From assembly GCA_036785375.1 (NCBI GenBank), contig JAWMAR010000361.1, forward strand, positions 806,001-870,000: a stretch of 64,000 nucleotides of DNA, read 5' to 3'. Below are positions 11,489 to 23,692 of this stretch, in pieces (positions within the stretch are counted from its first letter, which is position 1; every line of letters begins with the position of its first letter). The position numbers and the translations under genes were made by a program. The notes beneath the pieces are model-generated. The model was not told the origin of the DNA, searched no databases, and was given only the letters and a program-made list of their open reading frames with translations. This stretch comes from Leucoraja ocellata. Lineage: Eukaryota.

Positions 11489-12554
11489 CTTGAAGATCCG
11501 GCCGTAAGGGAACAATATTCAAAACATACAAGAGAGAGAGAGAAAAAAAGCAAAACAAAAAATCCACTGTCACATTTGCAGTCTCCGTGGCTTTCGATTG
11601 CTCGGAGCCCAAACTCCGAGATACAAACATTCAGGCAATGCATTGTTGCGGTGTCTTGCTATGAATATTCAACAGCAGTCTCCGTGTATTAATGAGAACC
11701 TGAAAGAATGTTTTGAGGCACTTTGAAGAAAGGAAATTAATATATGTAAATACTTATTCATTAAGGAAAATGACGGTCTGTTTAATCCCAGAGTACAAAC
11801 ACACGGTGGCAGTTTGCAGTTTGATTCAATTGCTTAATATATTCGCAGAACTCAAAGAAAATCTTTGCTGCAGGTAATTAGAAATTGAAATAACTCTCAC
11901 TTTTATGTCAGAATAATTTAATACAGAGGTATACTTCAAGAAACACATAGCTTTAAAAAGATCAGTTTAGGACAATAAAGAGTTTTTTTCCCTCCAGTGA
12001 ACTGACTTAACTATTCAGTTTGCACACTCTTAGCCACATACATTATTCTGCATGAATTCACACAGTGTAACGTGGTAGAAGGAATCTCCATCCCATTCAG
12101 AATAAAGGGGAAAGCTCTTTTGACCTTAGAAAGCTAAAGCCACTGCTGTACAGTATCTCTGGCACTCAATTAACCGTAGGCAATGGATTGGTCTGATGCC
12201 AACTTCTGAAGTGGTACGCAATGTTCTTGTTGGTATTATTCCCAAACACCTAGACAAAAATCTGTGAGTTGGATTGCAATGACTGTAAAGTGTACTTGTA
12301 GCAACGATCGCAGCTTGAACGATCTCCATCAATTGTTGTGAGTTTTGGCTCAGAAGACTAATAAAATGCTGAAACTCTTGCAAAATCTACTGAGGTTGGG
12401 ATTCAACTGGAACTGTAATTTATAAAGTATTGTGAAGCAAAACTTTAACCTCCAAGTGCATTTGGAGGATTTTGTGGGAAGTGCGTAGGGTTGGCTCTTT
12501 CCATTTCTTGAAGATACCGCAGCAGACAGTCCTTGCTTCAGGAGATTCACCCTG

Positions 12555-13195
12555 GGGAATTCCCTTCCACAGAAGATAGTGGAGGCAGTGGAGGGGGATC
12601 TTATAGAAACGTACAAAATTCTTAAGAGGTTGGACAGGCTAGATGCAGGAAAATTGTTGCCGGTGTTGGGGAAGTCCAGAACAAGGAGTCACAGTTTAAG
12701 GATAAGGGGGAAGTCTTTTAGGACCGAGATGAAAAAAACTTTTTTCACACAGAGAGTGGTGAATCTCTGGAATTCTCTGCCACAGAAGGTAGTTGAGGCC
12801 AGTTAATTGGCTATATTCAAGATGGAGTTAGATGTGGCCCTTGTGGCTAAAGGGATCAGGGGGTATGGAGAGAAGGCAGGTACAGGATACTGAGTTGGAT
12901 GGTCAGCCTTGATCATATTAAATGGCGGTGCAGGCTCGAAGGGCCGAATGGCCTACTCCTGCAACTATTTTCTATGTTTCTAATTCACTGGATGTATTCA
13001 AGAGCGAGTTAGAGATAGCACGCAGGGCTAACGGAATCAAGGGATGTGGGGAGAAAGCAAGAACAGGATGCTGATTTTGGATGATCAGCCATGATCATGA
13101 TCATATATGATCAAATTGAATGCCATCAGCCATGAATGGTCTCGAAGGGCCAAATGGCCTACTCCTGCACCAATTTTCCAATTTTCTATGTTTCA
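12555..13195 (+). mobile_element. Nested CR1 3' ends (young copy ~12591-12982 inside an older one)
   Basis: GDLIETYKILK..TRSHSLRIRG..FFTQRVVNLWNSLP; two (TTTCTATG) tails. Confidence 0.9.
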
Positions 13196-13513
13196 AACCT
13201 GATGGTCGGGATCAGAGATGTTCAGTGAACTATGAGTTTTGTGTCAGTTTTGAGGTATTGATCTTTGCACATTCTCATCCATCATGAGTGATGAATGGAT
13301 AGAAGGCGATAGCAAGTTTTATCATTGAATTGGTCTGCTTTCATTGATTTGAGATACAGGAATTGCATGCTGTTGTTCGTGGTCTTGGAAACTGTTTTTG
13401 CAGAGATCTGGTGTTGCACAACAGACTGGCCATGGTGCGCATTAAGGTTCCATGGCCAGACCATCTCCCAGCCAACCTTGATCCACAGGCATTTCCCTAC
13501 TGTCACAACAGGT

Positions 13514-13925
13514 CACAGAGTCATAGAATGATACAGTGTGGAAACAGGCCCTTCAGTCCAACTTGCCCACACCGGCCAACAATGTCCCAGCTATGCTAAC
13601 CCCACTTGCCTGCGCTTGGTCCATATCCCTCCAAACCTGTCCTATCCATGTACCTGTCAAACTGTTTCGTAAACGATAGGATAGTCCCAGCCTCAACTAC
13701 CTCTTCTGGCAGCTTGTTCCCATACACCCACCACCCTTTGTATGAAAATGTTACCCCTCGGATTCCTATTAAATCTTTTCCCCTTCACCTTGAACCTATG
13801 TCCTCTGGTCCTCGATTCCCCTACTCTGGGCAAGAGACTCTGTGCATCTACCTGATCTATTCCTCTCATGATTTTGTACACCTCTATAAGATCACCCATC
13901 ATCCTCCCGCACTGCATGGAATAGA
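13514..13925 (-). mobile_element. CR1 LINE 3' end, (CTATGACT) tail subfamily
   Basis: ORF 13693..13917 GDLIEVYKIMRGID..TRGHRFKVKG. Confidence 0.9.
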
Positions 13926-14145
13926 GGCGCGTTCCACATACCTGGCCCTAGACTCATCTATGGATTGTCTGGATGACAATGACGCCTTTGTTATTGTTAT
14001 CCAGGCTCCTGTTAAATTGATAATAGCTCCGCTTTCAACACCGTATGTCCAAACTAACCTATCTCCGAACTGCACAACCTAGGAGGCAACAGCTCCATCT
14101 GCAACTGAATCCCCGACTTCCTGACCCAAAAACCCCAATCAGTAA

Positions 14146-14371
14146 TGCCCCTGTCCCACTTAGGAAACCTGAACGGAAACTTCTGGAGACTTTGTGTCCC
14201 ACCCAAGGTTTCCGTGAGGTTCCCGGAAGTTTTTGTCAGTCTTCCTACCTGCTTCCACTACCTGCAACCTCCGGTAACCACCTGCAACCTCCGGGAACCG
14301 CACGGAAACCTTGGGTGGGGTACAAAGTCTCCCGAGGTTTCCATTCAGGTTTTCTAAGTGGGACAGGGGCA
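14146..14371. mobile_element. Palindromic PIF/Harbinger-type MITE (226 bp)
   Basis: ~85-bp TIRs starting TGCCCCTGTCCCACTTAG; TSD TAA at 14143-14145 and 14372-14374; removal restores the host LINE sequence CAATCAGTAAGGATA (QSVRI). Confidence 0.9.
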
Positions 14372-14460
14372 TAAGGATAAGTGACAAAACAACCTCCAAC
14401 GATAAACCTCAACACACCAGAGCCCCACATGGATGCATTCCCAATCCCTCACTATTCTCC

Positions 14461-14558
14461 CGAAGATAGACGCATAAAGCCGGAGTAACTCAGCGGGACA
14501 GGCAACATATCTGGAGAGAATGAATGGGTGACGTTACTGGTCGGGACCCTTCTATGGA
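14461..14558 (-). mobile_element. PLE terminal-repeat half unit
   Basis: 11-bp TSD CACTATTCTCC at 14450-14460 and 14559-14569. Confidence 0.8.
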
Positions 14559-15404
14559 CACTATTCTCCTTTTGCACTCATCACAGTTTGGCCAAATTCT
14601 GCTCTAACTCCATTTACTAGTTTGTAGATGACAGCTCCGTAGTGAGCCAGATCTTTAACAATGACTAGATGTACAGGCAGGAGATAGAGGGCTTGGTAAC
14701 GTGGTGTCAATTTCAGCAAGATGAAGGAGTTAGTAATTGAAGGGTGATGTACACAGGGTGTGTTTGCATCAATGATAGTGAAGTGGAGATGATCATCAGC
14801 TTCAGGTTTCTAGGTATAAATATCACCTACAATTTGGCCTGTTCCATCTACATCAATTCTATGACGAGGAAAGCATACCTACTCCTCCACTTGCTCAGAA
14901 GTCTAAATAAATTCACCATGTCTCCAATCACACTTACTAATTCCTACACATGAACCGTAGCAAACATGCTGTTGTATGTATGACAACTTGGTTTGGCGAT
15001 CGCTCCAACCAAGACTACAGGAAGTTGCAAAGAGCTATGGATGTACACATATGCTCCCCACCATCAACTCCATCAACACTTCACGCTGCCTCTGAAAGCA
15101 GCCGACATAATCAAAGACCTGTTACACTCCGGCCATTCCCACTTCTCCACACTCACATTGGGCAGGAGACGCAAAAGTTTGAAACCACGTACTACCAGAT
15201 TCATGAGCAGCTTCTTCCCTGCTGTCATAGACTACCAAGCAAACTTCATAAACCAAGGGTGTAGTCGCAATCTCCCAACCTACCTCATTTGGACCCTTAC
15301 AGTTTTTTAATCTGCACTTTCTCTGAAGCTGTAACACTACAATGCTGTAACACTAAATTCTGCAATCTGGTATATTTATCTGTGTACTGCCTGGTGTACT
15401 TGTA

Positions 15405-15640
15405 TAGGAAGGAACTGCAGATGCTGGTTTAAACCGAAGATAGACACTAAATGCTGGAGTAACTCAGCTGGACAGGCAGCATCTCTGGAGAGAAGGAATG
15501 GGTGACGTTTCGGGTCACGACCTTTCTTCTGACTGAAGAAGGTTCTGAATAAGAGTCTCGACCTGAGAGGTAACCCATTCCTTCACTCCAAAGATCTTGC
15601 CTGTCCCGTTGAGTTACTCCACATTTGGTGTTTATCTTGA
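15405..15640. mobile_element. PLE-derived fold-back unit
   Basis: Inverted terminal repeats centred on CTTCTGACTGAAGAAGG. Confidence 0.8.
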
Positions 15641-15959
15641 ACATGTATGATATGATTTGACTGGATAACAGGTCAAAGTGTTTCACTGTATCTCGGGAGA
15701 CATGACCAATAATAACCCCACAGTAAACCAGGGTCCAACACAAAACTGGCCATGTAGCCAGGGTAAAATAATCACTTTGAGATTTTAACCTATTCTACTA
15801 CTCATTTATGGGCATTGGAGAAAAAAACTTATGAACAATAACCTTGTTCTATTGACTGCAAGGAAACTAACTTTCACTTGTTCACTGAGTGCCAATACCA
15901 ACATCTGATGTCCATCCCTGATCACTGATAAAATAAGGAGGCAATTAAGTACAGTTTTA

Positions 15960-16255
15960 TCAGCGGGTCTGGAGTTGTATGTTGGCCAATCTTTGTAAGA
16001 ATGGCAGGTCTTGTTCCCTGAATGTCACCAGAAATCCAGATGGATTTTCATGACTATACGATGGTTTTAAGGTTACAGAGACTGACATTTCTTTTTAAAA
16101 TTCAGAAAATTTAATTATTGAGAATTCGGAATAAAAAATGTATTACTTATTTTCATTTCAATTCCCCATCTGACACGATGGGATATGAATTCATGGATCT
16201 AGATCAACAGTTCCATATCGATCTAATAATCAAACAACTTAACTATCATGTCCAG
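15960..16255 (-). mobile_element. Old SINE, possibly DeuSINE/SacSINE1-like
   Basis: Recalled resemblance (GGGTCTGGAG..GGCCA..ATGGCAG..TTCCCT..CCAGATGG..AATTCCCCATCTG); highly diverged. Confidence 0.35.
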
Positions 16256-17110
16256 TCACCTGTCTACTTTAAAACAAAACTACCCGACTTTATTAAACTT
16301 ACGAAGAAACTAACCAATAAAAACTATTCAACAAAAACAATTCAGCACAGTCGGGAAGGTCGAGGCCCTTCAGACTTCAAATTAGTTAATGAACTTAGGA
16401 TATTAGAATCGAGCACCATTGCTGATCAGAAAAGAAATATTATTAATCATAACAGGTTCTTTCCAGGGTTGTATGACATAATGTTCATTTAAAGAATAGA
16501 TGAATCAGGATAGATGGTATTATCCATTCAGAAAAATATATATGACCAGCAGATGGAGTTAGAATGCTCATTTTTTATAGTCGATATAATTAATGATTAA
16601 TTACTGTTAATTGTTTTCTCTGGTTTATTTATTGGTTATAGCAATTCTCCTTTAATGTAAGAATTGTTGTAAGCAGTTAATGTTTTAATTCTGACCACTG
16701 ATTGCGTAAGTTTCTATCTAGTCGTTCAAAAGCAGAAGTGATTAAAAAAACTCCCTGGAAAATATATGTTTTTTCCATTCATTTTAACTCGCTTAAGTGG
16801 AATGCTGTGCCCCCTAGACACTGTAGTTACAACATTATTGGTGCAGATGTAGTTGGAGATTTACTTGTGACATTTCAGCACAATTCATTATCTGCCAAAA
16901 TGTGTGGCTGCACTGAGATGTTTGAACTTGCGGTAGCTATGGGGAATACACAGACTGGGACGTAAGTGTTGGTGCAATGCTGTTCTAACGCTGTCAAACT
17001 GGACATCAACAACTAACTAACGGCATGGCTTTAAATCACCTGGAGAACTCCATGCTTAGCAACACCAAAACCCTCCCACATCCTCACTAGACGTGTGTGT
17101 GTGTGGCTCT

Positions 17111-17471
17111 CTGCGGAGGGCGCTCAGCATCTGCGGAGGGCGCTCAGCATCGCCAAGGACTGCTCTCACCCCAACCATGGACTGTTTACCCTCCTACCAT
17201 CCGGGAGGCGCTACAGGTCTCTCCGTTGCCGAACCAGCAGGTCGAGGAACAGCTTCTTTCCGGCGGCTGTCACTCTACTCAACAACGTACCTCGGTGACT
17301 GCCAATCACCCCCCCCCCCCCCCCCCGGACACTTATTATTTTTTATTCAAATCGTTTGCTATGTCGCTCTTCAAGGGAGATGGTAAATGCATTTCGTTGT
17401 CTCTGTACTGTACACTGACAATGACAATTAAAATTGAATCTGAATCTGAATCTGAATCTGAATCTGAATCT
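17111..17471 (+). mobile_element. Young Rex1/Babar LINE 3' end with (GAATCT)n tail
   Basis: LRRALSIAKDCSHPNHGLFTLLPSGRRYRSLRCRTSRSRNSFFPAAVTLLN*; CpG intact; same tail on minus strand at ~41745-41820. Confidence 0.9.
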
Positions 17472-17504
17472 CAGCCTCTCTCCCTGTAGTCAATATACAT
17501 CAAT

Positions 17505-17900
17505 GGTTGACACCAAATGCTGGAGTAACTCAGCGGGACAGGCATGGGTGACGTCTCGGGTCGAGACCCTTCTTCAGACAGTCAAGGGAGAGGGAGTCTA
17601 GAGACATGGAGGGCAAAGGTGTGAAAACGACAGATCAAAGCAGACAATGATCAGGAAATGTAGAATGGTTCATTCTTAGCCGAGGGGTAGATGACAAGGT
17701 GGCATACGATCAGAAAAATCAATTGGAACAACAGTGAAACTATTCAGAGAAGTAGGGTGGGGGAGGGACAGAGGGAGAGGGAAAAGCCAGGGATATTTGA
17801 AGTGAGAGAAATCAATATTCATACTGATTGGAGGAACAGAACTTCATATTTTGCTTTGGTACCTTACAACCCGGCAGTATGAATATTGATTTTTCCCTCT
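17505..17900 (-). mobile_element. Penelope-like element 3' end with inverted GIY-YIG C-terminal piece
   Basis: Terminal repeat on minus, then plus-strand LEEQNFIFCFGTLQPGSMNIDF at ~17830-17895. Confidence 0.75.
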
Positions 17901-17929
17901 TGCTTTCCCTCTCTCTCCGGCTTTCCCCC

Positions 17930-18318
17930 ATCCGGGAATTCCAACCGTGGGAGCGTGCAGAATTTAACATGGTCAAGCTCGCAGTCCCTGGTTAGGGACC
18001 GACTGTGGGAGCTCCAAGCCGCGGGAGCTTCGACCGCTCCGTCGCAGGAGTTTCGATCGCTGTCTGTGGGAACATCGATCGCCCTGACTGTGGACGGTTC
18101 AACTCCCCCGACCGTGGGAGAAAACGAAGAGAGAGGATTCGACTTTATTGCCTTCCATCACAGTGAGGAATGTGGAGGAGTCGCTGTGGTGGATGTTTAT
18201 GTCAAGTTTTTTGTAGTTGTGTGTCTTATTGCTTTTTTGATACGACTGTATGGCAAATCAAATTCCGCGTATGTTGCAAAACATGGCTAATAATTTACGA
18301 TTATGATGATGATTATAT
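17930..18318 (+). mobile_element. 5'-truncated GC-rich non-autonomous retroelement
   Basis: Shares GCCTTCCA..GGATGTTTATG..TGTATGG with 6767-7635 and the 59 kb element; (GAT/TAT)n tail. Confidence 0.6.
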
Positions 18319-19139
18319 CAGCTATGATTGAATGGCAGAGTAGACGATGGGCCGAATGGCCTAATTCTGCTCCTATCAGTTATGACCGTGACCTTATGAA
18401 CAAAGCCGGCCCATGCCATCCATATTAATTTCTACATGTAGAGACACTTCACTTCTCCCATTTCTGAAACCTGATCAGATCATTGATAAAGTGTCACACA
18501 GCGAAACTTCTGCAACGCCAGATGAATGGGCCGGATTGCAATAGATTCGGGCAACACAAAAGTTAATTCTGCATGAGAAATGGTGTTTATAGGGATTATC
18601 TTTAAAGACTTCTTCAGTAGAGCTGTCATGGTGGATCGAAGTTTCTCAATCATCCATCAAGCGTACAATAAAAAAAGTGTTGTTTCCCTGGGGTTGAGGA
18701 GAGCAGTTGTTGCAGATGTGTTTTCTCTGCGTGGTGCCCAACATTGCCATATCATATGAACCTTAGCAGGGAAAAATGCTACAGCGAATGTTGTTTTACT
18801 TAAGCCAAGCAGCTTAGCATTGTAGCTAACTCGACTTGCAAGTCACAAATCTGTGCAAAAAACATAGGGGACTCAGGTGTCAGTGTCAATCTCTGCAAGT
18901 TTAGCGCAAGTAAAAAGAATCAGAGCACTAGCCATGCCTTTGGAATGCCTGCATGAGAACTTGGTGTCTGTATAAAGAATGAAAATGAGGAAGGACTTGT
19001 GGAAGCAGTTTAACCCGGAACTGCAGGTGCTGGTTTACACCGAAGATAGACACAAATTGCTGGAGTAACTGAGTGGCAGCATCTCTGGATAGAAGGACTG
19101 GGTGGCATTTTGGGTCGAGACCCTTCTTCAGACTGAGGA

Positions 19140-19945
19140 AGGAAATTGAATTAATGGCATTTATGTACAGAGGGATCTCAGGGTCCAAGTCCATAACTCC
19201 CCAGAAAGTGGCCACACATGTAAATAGAGTATGCATGCTTTCAAAAGTCAGGGCATTGTGTACAAGAGTCAGGAAATCGCGATGCAACTTTACAGGACAC
19301 ATTTGGAGCATGGCACGCAGTTCTGGTTGCCCCAGTACTAGAATTATGTGCAGGCTTTGGAAAAGGTGCAGAGGTTTGCCTGAATGATGCCTTGGTTAGG
19401 GGGAGAGGTCGGAAAAACTTGCATTTTATTTTCTTGGAATGTTGAAGTATATAAAGTATATACAATTCTGAGAGTCATATATAAGGTAGACAGTCAGAAT
19501 CTATTCCCAAATGTAAATATCATACACTAGATACGGCCATGTTTAAAGAATTTGTGCAGGGCAAGTTTTTTTTTCCAAGGAAGGTGGTGAGTGTATGTAC
19601 ACACTGTGGATGGCACAATTGTAATCATGTATTATCTTTGGTCAGCACGCATCAAAAGCTTTTCACTGTACCTCGGTTCACGGGACAATAAATGGAACTA
19701 AATTGTTGTAATTGTAACTGTAATTGTTATATGGTTATATGGTTATAAACTCAAATGCCTGAAACACACACTGCTGGGGGTGTTGTGGAAGTGGATATAA
19801 TAGTGGCATTTACCCTTTGGATGGGCTCATAGATATGCAGGCAATCGAGAGATATGGATTATGTGCAGAGACATAAGAATTAGTCTCGGCATCAAGTTTG
19901 GGAAGGACATTGTGGGCCAAAGGGCCTGTTCTTGTGCTGTACTTT
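19140..19945 (+). mobile_element. Fragmented CR1 LINE
   Basis: KVATHVNRV..HLE..QFW remnants and GGGCCAAAGGGCCTGTT tail; interrupted by a Rex-type 3' UTR. Confidence 0.65.
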
Positions 19946-20181
19946 ACTTTGTTCATTATTACAAGCTTAGTACATTGAAAAATGCTTTACTGATGGTGAA
20001 ATTAATTTGGTCAGTCACCCCTGTAACATAGAAAACATGCAAAGGACCAGCCGGGGTTAGGGTGTCAAGAAGAATTAGTGTTCCTTGGTGAAAGATCAGA
20101 TATTAGTGGAGTAAGTTCATGTTCTCTACCAAATCACTTTTTCAGGGATGAACTCCCTTTCACAGAGCTGTCTTAACATGT

Positions 20182-20368
20182 GTTTAAGAGGGAACTGCAG
20201 ATGCTGGAGAATCGAAGGTTACACAAAAAAGCTGGAGAAACTCAGCGGGTGCAGCAGCATCTATGGAGCGAAGGAAATAGGCAACGTTTCGGGCCGAAAC
20301 CCTTCTTCAGACTGATCGGGGGCGGGGGTGGGTGGGGACAAGAAAGGAAAAAGGAGGGAAAAGGAGGA
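20182..20368 (-). mobile_element. PLE terminal repeat, second subfamily
   Basis: 12-bp TSD GTCTTAACATGT at 20170-20181 and 20369-20380. Confidence 0.85.
20283..20310 (-). ncRNA. Minimal hammerhead-ribozyme-like motif
   Basis: Minus CTGAAGA-A-GGGT(TTCG)GCCC-GAAA-CG-TT: core CUGANGA/GAAA/UH; helix I only ~2 bp. Confidence 0.45.
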
Positions 20369-20428
20369 GTCTTAACATGTAATGGCAACATCAGCAGTTA
20401 TTCCCAAAAGTGCTTCATTGCAGTAACA

Positions 20429-20651
20429 ATGTGTAGGAAGGAACTGCAGATGCTGGTTGAAACCGAATATAGATCCAAAATGCTGGAGTAACTCAGCGGG
20501 ACAGGCAGCATCTTTGGAGAGAAGGAATGGGTGACGTTTCGGGAGGAGACCCTTCTTCAGACTGGGAAGGGTCTCGCCCCGAAACATCACTCATTCCTTC
20601 TCTCCAGAGATGCTGCCTGTCCCGCTGAGTTACTCCAGCATGTTGTGTCTA
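20429..20651. mobile_element. PLE-derived fold-back unit
   Basis: Near-perfect ~90-bp arms; 13-bp TSD CATTGCAGTAACA at 20416-20428 and 20652-20664. Confidence 0.9.
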
Positions 20652-21018
20652 CATTGCAGTAACAGATAGGTTGGCCCTTGTGACAATGAACCACTTGTGG
20701 GTCCCGACAGTTGTTATGGTCTTATATCTTTCCATTAGAGGACATTCTAAGAATAGCGCAAATGGTTCACCTTATAAAAAAGGGGTAGTGGGGATAATAG
20801 TTCATCTTAAGGCATGTAAATGGATCAAGGATTAATATTTTATCCCAGTGTATTTTTGGCTGTGAAATATCACTTCAAGGCTCTTAATACAGAGTTGAGG
20901 TTATCACCATGTTGACTCCTGTGAGAATCAAGTACTCAAAAGGATTGCTTTTGGGGCGGTATAACCTAATGGTATGTAATGTACATTGTTCAATGTTATT
21001 GTACATCAATCACCATGG

Positions 21019-21269
21019 ACCACGACCTACTACGACTAAACCTACGAGTAAAAAAATATCGATTTTTTCCGCGGCGATTTTGATTTACACGCGGACATTT
21101 TTTAACATATTGAAAAAAACGCCGCGACCTAGCTGAGGCCTCGAGTATGCGGAGACCACTCTCGATCATGAAGGAGAGTTACGAAGACATCCTACGACCT
21201 CGTGTCGACCATGCTGCGAGTATAGATGGAGGGCAAACTCGCCAAACTCGCCCAAGTGGAACAGGTCCT
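21019..21269. mobile_element. Partial Harbinger-type MITE (family of 3054-3549, opposite orientation)
   Basis: Reverse-complement similarity to 3090-3320; ends CCCAAGTGGAACAGGTCCT then TAA. Confidence 0.8.
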
Positions 21270-21789
21270 TAAGAGCTGAATGATTAAGTATTTCACAGCC
21301 GTTGAACCAGCATACTTTCTGATCCAATTAAATATGCTAAACTAAATTTGCTTTTCATAACGGTGCTATTAATACTGGAAAGGAGCCAAGTTTTCTCCTC
21401 TTGAGATCTGCACAGCCATCTGCATTATCAAGACCAGAACAGAGCTCTCTATTCCAGGCGAGTTTGACCAGGGATTGACCTGAGGAATCTGAAATCTGGC
21501 AATATAACCCTCTAATCCTATTTGTATCGTATGCTGTTACTGTAACAATTTCAATTCCATCTCACCCATGGAGGACAGGACCTTCCTGCTTTATTTTCCC
21601 CTTCATAGCACCTTCTGCTTGTCCTTATTGAATTCCATCACTGTAAGTTTAGGGCAAGTAGTCAGTTTGAAGAATGTTCTCCTTTGAGGAACACAGTTGT
21701 GCAAAATCAATAAAGATGTTCCTTACACTTTCAATGGTAAATTCTATATTCAATTTAGGTCTTAGATTATAAAGATTTTACGCTAATTA

Positions 21790-22103
21790 TTTTAGTTTAG
21801 TTTAGTTTAGTTTAGAGATACAGCATGGAAACAGGCCCTTCAGCCCACCGAGTCCGTGCCGACCTGCGATCCCCGCACATTAACACTACCCTACACACAC
21901 TGGGGACAATTTGCAATTTTACCAATCCAATAAACCTACAAACTTTGGAGTGTGGGAGCAAACCGGAGCATCCCGGGAAAATTCAAGCAGGTCACGGGAT
22001 GAACTTACGAACGCCATACACACAGCGCCCGTAGTCAGGATCGAACCCGGGTCTCTGGAGCATTAAAGCAGCGACTCTACCGTTTCACCGCCGTGCCGCC
22101 CTA
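21790..22103 (-). mobile_element. Full-length V-SINE (HE1-like)
   Basis: tRNA-like head with B box GGTTCGATCC, V-domain, CR1-type tail, (AAACT)n. Confidence 0.9.
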
Positions 22104-22184
22104 GTGTTTAGTGAAGTGTTGTGATATAGCATGGAAACAGGCCCTTCGGCCCACTGAGTCCACGCCACTATTGGTGGAACTGAC

Positions 22185-22560
22185 TTCAAACTATTTCAAT
22201 GAGATTGCATTGCATTACAACCCAGCAGCATGAATCTTGACTTCTCTAATTTCAAGTAACTCCTGCATTCCTCTCCCCCCCCCAGCGCTATTCATCCTAA
22301 CAGTATCACTGTTCACAACCTAGTGTCCCTCTCATTATCGCACCTTCCACAGCCAACAATGGACCATGATGAGCTCCACCCTTCCTGAGGTCATCTGTTG
22401 CCGGCCCTGGCCTTTTCTTGCCTCCAGTTTATTTGTTCCCCTCCCCTCCACCTCTACTCTCAGTCTGAGGATGGGTCTCGACCCGAAACATCGCCAATTC
22501 CTCTTCGCCAGAGATGCTGCCTGAACCACTGAGTTACTCCAGCATTCTGTTCCTATCTTT
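22185..22560 (+). mobile_element. Penelope-like element 3' end
   Basis: LQPSSMNLDFSNFK* then terminal repeat with CTGAGGATGGGTCTCGACCCGAAAC. Confidence 0.8.
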
Positions 22561-23106
22561 CTGTAAGTGAGTAGGCATATACGCCTTCAGCAAAATAAAG
22601 TAGCAGCAGACATCTGAGTACAGGCATAGGGAGCAGCCAGTTAATATATTGGTCACAGCATGGAGTAGCAGATATCAGGAGATGTAGACTGTCTTTATTT
22701 TTGTTGGAATCCCAGGATTGACTGGCTCACTAATCTGTCTGGAGATTATTTAACACCACAGAAGGTGGATGTAAACCAGTGGAACAGAGTGATGTTGTAA
22801 CTCGTTCCTGCACATGATACATTTTTAAGACCAGTTAGTCATGAATAATGATACCATCTTATTGAAACATCCAGCTAAAAATCCTGTTGAACTAAAAATA
22901 TGGAGTTTTAATTAAAATTAAAGGCTCTATAATGCACTGCTCAGGGACTGCTCATAAAATGTGAGACTCAGTTAGGAGCTGTGACCTTCGAACTAAAAGG
23001 AATAAGTGGCATGCAAAGCTGCATAAATGTACAACAACCGGTAACTTGATTAGTCTGATCAAGAAGTGGCATTTTAATCATAGTCATTGTGTCATGCAAA
23101 ATGGAA

Positions 23107-23692
23107 ATGGTATGGTATGTTAGCTTTCATAGCAAAAGGATTTGAGTATAGGAGCAGCGAGGTTCTACTGCAGTTGTACAGGGTCTTGGTGAGACCACAC
23201 CTGGAGTATTGCGTACAGTTTTGGTCTCCAAATCTGAGGAAGGACATTATTGCCATAGAGGGAGTGCAGAGAAGGTTCACCAGACTGATTGAGAGGGGAT
23301 CTTATAGAAACTTACAAAATTCTTAAGGGGTTGGACAGGCTAGATGCAGGAAGATTGCTCCCGATGTTGGGGAAGTCCAGGACTAGGGGTCACAGCTTAA
23401 GGATAAGGGGGAAATCCTTTAAAACCGAGATGAGAAGAACTTTTTTCACACAGAGAGTGGTGAATCTCTGGAACTCTCTGCCGCAGAGGGTAGTCGAGGC
23501 CAGTTCATTGGCTATATTTAAGAGGGAGTTAGATGTGGCCCTTGTGGCTAAGGGGATCAGAGGGTATGGAGAGAAGGCAGGTACGGGATACTGAGTTGGA
23601 TGACCAGCCATGATCATATTGAATGGCGGTGCAGGCTCGAAGGGCCGAATGGTCTACTCCTGCACCTAATTTCTATGTTTCTATGTTTCTAT
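23107..23692 (+). mobile_element. Young CR1 (HER1-like) 3' fragment with internal deletion
   Basis: GMLAFIAKGFEYRS..VRPHLEYCVQFWSP / RGDLIETYKILKG..GYGEKAGTGY*; (TTTCTATG)n. Confidence 0.95.

Larger units (their letters stand above)
14060..15400 (+). mobile_element. Decayed Rex1/Babar-type LINE RT, interrupted by a MITE and a PLE repeat
   Basis: DFLT..PQSVRI..LNT.AP.G, FVDD, FRFLGINI, WFG..LQR, IIKD..HSGHS..GRR motifs. Confidence 0.8.
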
